From assembly GCA_965242965.1 (NCBI GenBank), contig OZ251518.1, positions 2,240,001 through 2,304,000 of the forward strand: a DNA stretch of 64,000 bases, in the 5' to 3' direction. Under the pieces are notes generated by a model, which was not told where the DNA came from, made no database searches, and worked only from the letters and a program-made list of their open reading frames with translations. The DNA comes from Candidatus Poribacteria bacterium (GTDB lineage Bacteria; Poribacteria; WGA-4E; WGA-3G). Numbering within the stretch: position 1 is the first letter of the stretch; each line of letters begins with the position of its first letter. Of the stretch, positions 60,189-64,000 are shown in pieces. Made by a program: the position numbers and the translations under genes.

Positions 60189-60946
60189 ACATAAGGCGCG
60201 ATGCACTCAGGCGAATCGTTCATCGGACGATTGACAAACCGCGACACCGGGTATGCCTCCATCTCCTCACTCGGATAGGGAACGAGGAGCGGCTGCAACG
60301 CCTCCGCTGACTGTTCCTCGGATGCGAGCCACTGCGCGTAGGCATCTGTCGGTAAAATCACCGGCATCCGGTGGTGAACCTGCTTTAACAAGGCGTTCGG
60401 CGCGCACGTGATGATGGTGCAGGAACGCACCGGCTCCTCCATCTCATCTGTCTTCCATACCTCCCATAACCCGGCAAACGCGAACGGCTTCTCGGATTGG
60501 AGCCGAATGTAGATAGGCTGTTTCAGCCTGGCGCCCGGCACCTTCTGCCATTCGTAGTATCCGTCAGCGACGATGAGGCACCGTCGCCGTTTATAGGCAG
60601 CGCGGAAGGAGGGTTTCTCGGCTAATGTTTCTGAGCGCGCGTTAATCATTCGGTTTCCGATTTTCGGGTCCTTCGCCCAAGAAGGGATGAGTCCCCAGTG
60701 GAAGAATTCGATTTGTGGGGAGGGCAGTGACTCGCGAGGGACAGGCCCTCGCGCTACGGTATCCGAAGCGTTTCCCGCGGGCGTGACGGTATCCGAATCA
60801 TTTCTCGCGGGCGTGTTGGTAATGACAGCGACATCTTGCGTCGGCGAGATGTTATAGCGCGGCGAGAGTCGCATCGGTATCTCAATGTCAAAGAAAGTTT
60901 GTGCTACCGTTTCCGTTTCGCTTGCGAGGGTAAATCGTCCGCACAT
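60185..60946 (-). CDS. SOS response-associated peptidase (SRAP/YedK/HMCES)
   Basis: MCGRF, RYNISP, WGLIP.WAKD, INARSET, RRCL..ADGYYEW and HHRMPVIL. Confidence 0.96.
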   Translation of the reverse strand: MCGRFTLASETETVAQTFFDIEIPMRLSPRYNISPTQDVAVITNTPARNDSDTVTPAGNASDTVARGPVPRESLPSPQIEFFHWGLIPSWAKDPKIGNRMINARSETLAEKPSFRAAYKRRRCLIVADGYYEWQKVPGARLKQPIYIRLQSEKPFAFAGLWEVWKTDEMEEPVRSCTIITCAPNALLKQVHHRMPVILPTDAYAQWLASEEQSAEALQPLLVPYPSEEMEAYPVSRFVNRPMNDSPECIAPYV

Positions 60947-61009
60947 GGTGTCTCCTCCTTTCTAGGGTTTCGGTAGGCTCGGTGACAAACCGCGCTCTCC
61001 AAACGAGCA

Positions 61010-61849
61010 TTAGGTATCCGCTTTGGGTTGCGGCACGAGAATATCATCGCGCCAGCGGAGGCGGAATGAGGGACGCACGAGTGCTTCCGGTGATTGCAGC
61101 GTCAAGCCGCCATCCGCTGTCAAGACGATGCCGGTGACGAAATCTGCCTCATCGGATGCCAAGAAGAGCGCGGCATTGGCGATGTCCTCCGGCTTGCCGT
61201 ACCGTCCGATGGGATAGCAATCGCGCGAGGCTTGTTCCTCCAGCGTGTCCTCGGCGAGGGAGAGTTCGCCGCGTTCTCCAACAATCTGGCCGGGTGCAAT
61301 GGCGTTCGCGCGAATTCCCTCTCTGCCGTAATCAAGCGCGATGCTGCGCGTCAAGGCATTCAACCCACCTTTCCCCGCGCCGTAAAGTCCGAAGCCGGGG
61401 TTCGTAATCGTGGCGTTGACGGTAGAGATAAACACGAGACTGCCGCCGCCGTTGCGAGTCATTTCAGGGATACAATGCTTCGCGCCGAGCCAAGGACCGC
61501 CGAGCGTCACACCGAGGCTCTCGTTCCATTCCTCTAGTGTAAATTCAATCGCTTTTTTGGTGTAGGAGTGCGCGGCGTTATGGACAAGCGTCGTAATTTT
61601 GCCGTAGTTAGCCAACGCTGTTTTGACGAGCGTCTGCCACGTCATCTCATCGGCGACATCGCCCATCACGGCGACGGCTTCACCGCCTGCTTTCTGAATC
61701 TTCGCAACGGTTTCAGCCAATTTTCCTTCTCGGCGGCGGGTATTGACGACTACCTTCGCGCCTTCGCGTGCGAACCGGTAGGCGGTGGCTGCGCCAATGC
61801 CGCCCCATGCCGCCCCAGCGACAATAGCAACTTTTCCTTCAAGTCTCAT
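61010..61849 (-). CDS. Short-chain dehydrogenase/reductase
   Basis: LEGKVAIVAGA..GGIG, LVHNAA, YGAGKGG, GIRANAIAPG and ADGG. Confidence 0.93.
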   Translation of the reverse strand: MRLEGKVAIVAGAAWGGIGAATAYRFAREGAKVVVNTRRREGKLAETVAKIQKAGGEAVAVMGDVADEMTWQTLVKTALANYGKITTLVHNAAHSYTKKAIEFTLEEWNESLGVTLGGPWLGAKHCIPEMTRNGGGSLVFISTVNATITNPGFGLYGAGKGGLNALTRSIALDYGREGIRANAIAPGQIVGERGELSLAEDTLEEQASRDCYPIGRYGKPEDIANAALFLASDEADFVTGIVLTADGGLTLQSPEALVRPSFRLRWRDDILVPQPKADT

Positions 61850-61868
61850 CGTTATCTCCCCTCTATTG

Positions 61869-62020
61869 AATGATAATAACCGTCTCGGCCCCCGTAGCGC
61901 GAGGGCCTGTCCCTCGCAATGCCCTGTTGATAATAACCGTCCCGGCCCCCGTAGCGCGAGGGCCTGTCCCTCGCGATCGTGCAGGCCGTTTCCGTAGCGC
62001 GAGGGCCTGTCCCTCGCAAC
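61869..62020. repeat. GTAG-REP tandem cluster
   Basis: Three copies of ccgtagcgcgagggcctgtccctcgc; the first two sit in a ~57-bp tandem unit. Confidence 0.88.
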
Positions 62021-62034
62021 GCCGTAATGCCGCA

Positions 62035-63396
62035 CTACGGACAACATGGAAAACGTTTATGCCATTCGATCGCCTGCTGATAGGCATCCGCAATGTGAAT
62101 CAACCGTTTTTCGTCCCACCACATGCCTGCGAACTGCATCCCGATTGGAAGTCCTGCTTCAGTGAACCCGCACGGTACAGAAATCGCAGGCAAACCGAGC
62201 AGATTAAAAATCCGAGTCTCCTGTGTTAACCGGGGCCGAATTTCGTTTGAGTTGCTCCCCTGAATTAGCGGCGCGGGGATGGGCGTAGCAGGCGTTAACA
62301 GCACTTCAACCTTCCGGAACGCTTCCACAAATTCACGGCGTGCTGCATCTCGCGCGCGGACCGCGGTGACGTAGTCAAATGCCGAAAGTTCAAGTCCCGC
62401 CTCAAGGAGTTCACGGACATCTGCACCGTAATCCTCTCGGCGCGCGAGGAGTTGTTCACGATGGAAATGGGCTGCCTCCGCCATTAAAATCGTGAGGGCA
62501 GCGTGATGTGCCTCCGGCACCGAAGGCATGGATACCTCAATGAATTCAACGCCTAACTCTTCAAGCACCTGTATCGCTGTCTCAATCGCCGATGCCACTT
62601 CCGCGTCCAGATTCTCAAAAAAGTGCGCTTTGTGCAAGCCTACCTTCATGCCAGCGATGGGTTTCCCGAGGTCGGCGGTGTAATCCGAGACAGGTGGCGC
62701 GTCGTCCACGAGGACATTCATCAGCATTGCAACATCGCGCGCCGTGCGGCACATCGGCCCGATGCAATCCAGCGACTGCGCGAGCTCTACCACGCCGTGC
62801 AAACTAATTCTTCCATACGTCGGTTTCAAGCCGACGATGCCACAGAGCGAGGCGGGGATGCGCACGGAACCGCCGGTATCCGTGCCGAGCGCGCCTGCAC
62901 AGAGTCTCGCGGCGACAGCGGCACCCGAACCGCCGCTTGAGCCGCCAGAGACGTGCGCTGTGTTCCACGGGTTGCGCGTCGCGCCGAAGTGCGGATTCTC
63001 TGTCGTTACGCCGAACGCATGTTCGTGCAAGTTCGTCTTCCCGATGATAATCGCGCCGGCGGCTTTCAGGCGTGCGATGACGGTTGCGTCTCTTACGCGG
63101 TTAGACATCGCGCCTCCGAAATTTTTCGCACCGCAGGTAGTCTCTGTCCCGGCGATGTGGATGATATCCTTCACGGCGATGGGTATCCCGCTGAGCGGAC
63201 CGGGGTTTTCGCCTCGGTGTATCTCTGCCTCTATTTCCTTCGCGCGTTGCAGGTTCTCCTCGTAGCACAGCGAGATAAATGCGTTGAGTTGCGGTTCGCA
63301 CCGTTCGATCTGCGCGAACGTCGCCTGAATCAGTTCTGTCGGCGAGATGTCGCTGCGCGTGAGTTCGGCGATGGAGTGTGTTAGGATGTCAGTCAT
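62035..63396 (-). CDS. Amidase signature family enzyme
   Basis: GPLSGIPIAVKD, GKTNLHE, GGSSGGS and GTDTGGSVRIPA..CG.VGLKPTYG. Confidence 0.93.
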   Translation of the reverse strand: MTDILTHSIAELTRSDISPTELIQATFAQIERCEPQLNAFISLCYEENLQRAKEIEAEIHRGENPGPLSGIPIAVKDIIHIAGTETTCGAKNFGGAMSNRVRDATVIARLKAAGAIIIGKTNLHEHAFGVTTENPHFGATRNPWNTAHVSGGSSGGSGAAVAARLCAGALGTDTGGSVRIPASLCGIVGLKPTYGRISLHGVVELAQSLDCIGPMCRTARDVAMLMNVLVDDAPPVSDYTADLGKPIAGMKVGLHKAHFFENLDAEVASAIETAIQVLEELGVEFIEVSMPSVPEAHHAALTILMAEAAHFHREQLLARREDYGADVRELLEAGLELSAFDYVTAVRARDAARREFVEAFRKVEVLLTPATPIPAPLIQGSNSNEIRPRLTQETRIFNLLGLPAISVPCGFTEAGLPIGMQFAGMWWDEKRLIHIADAYQQAIEWHKRFPCCP

Positions 63397-63494
63397 GATT
63401 TCGCGGTGTTGCCATCGGGTTTGTATTATTTTAACGTAATTGCGGGGAAATATCAAGAGGATTTTTGTGAGGTTCAACATGCTTGTCTGGGAGC

Positions 63495-63545
63495 AGGATT
63501 TACCAGATTAGGAAGATTAGCAAGATTATAGGATTTTCAGGATGA
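63495..63545. repeat. Degenerate 9-bp (A/G)GATT-type tandem repeat
   Basis: aggatttacc agattagga agattagca agattat aggatttt caggat. Confidence 0.45.
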
Positions 63546-63694
63546 GGGTTTCTTGTTGATGCACAAGTCCCTTTTCCGTTCCCTTCTGTAGTTTGTGCTC
63601 GCCTGATCACAAACGGGTTCTCGTTGATGGACAAGTCCCGTTTCGGGTGGTAAGGGCGGATGTCTCTCTCCGCCCATTGCACCGAAATTGGCGA

Positions 63695-64000
63695 TTAACA
63701 ACCGTCACCGTTTTTATCGCCGAGTTTGCCGCTACGGACAACATCGGTGAGGAACTCAAGAAATGCCACAGCCTGCTCAAGAATTTTGGCGAACGCCGCG
63801 CTGCGATCCAGATTATCAAGGTTGAAATGCGTAGCGGCTTTTTCATACCTTGGGTCCTCTAGGATTTCAGGATGCGCACTACTACGAGTCGTCCGCAAAT
63901 CCCAAAGAGAACGGAGAAACCGAATATGCTTCTCGCTCCCGGCGACACCGCGGCACTTGAAAGCCGATTCAAGGAGGCAGATGCTCCTTTCCCCCTTCTT
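63695..64000 (-). CDS. C-terminal fragment of a hypothetical protein with HEPN-like motif (5'-partial)
   Basis: The frame is open from 64000: ...FLRSLWDLRTTRSSAH...YEKAATHF...F.KILEQAVAFLEFL. Confidence 0.55.
   Translation of the reverse strand, partial: KKGERSICLLESAFKCRGVAGSEKHIRFLRSLWDLRTTRSSAHPEILEDPRYEKAATHFNLDNLDRSAAFAKILEQAVAFLEFLTDVVRSGKLGDKNGDGC

Noticed and set aside
62035-63396. Calling the amidase gatA
   Set aside because: There is no adjacent gatB or gatC, and it has TNLHE rather than the GatA-like TNMDEF and lacks the RYDG motif. It is a generic amidase.

Overview
This is a GC-rich bacterial window. UBact, DUF1501, cohesin/dockerin proteins and dense GTAG-type palindromic repeats suggest a Poribacteria/PVC-like lineage (inference only). 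Housekeeping content: a complete UBact-proteasome locus (arc-dop-ubact-prcB-[type IIG R-M fusion]-prcA-pafA), a DUF1501/WD40/PPC-cytochrome cluster, tricorn protease, groESL with a sigma54-type promoter, rpsU and several enzymes. The best candidate for an undescribed system is a tightly coupled five-gene minus-strand operon (6612->1829): RHH-like small protein, PIN nuclease, unknown protein, AAA+ ATPase and an archaeal-TGT/DpdA-like transglycosylase, with no que or other dpd genes nearby. Other notable items: an Rpn nuclease followed by a diverged stand-alone copy of its C-terminal (antitoxin) module; a PabI-family restriction glycosylase with a beta-class methylase; a GHKL/sacsin-like protein with a NucS-like tail; five ~280-310 bp MITE-like elements; and REP-like palindromes inserted in-frame into at least six proteins. 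All calls come from reading motifs by eye; no database search was run.
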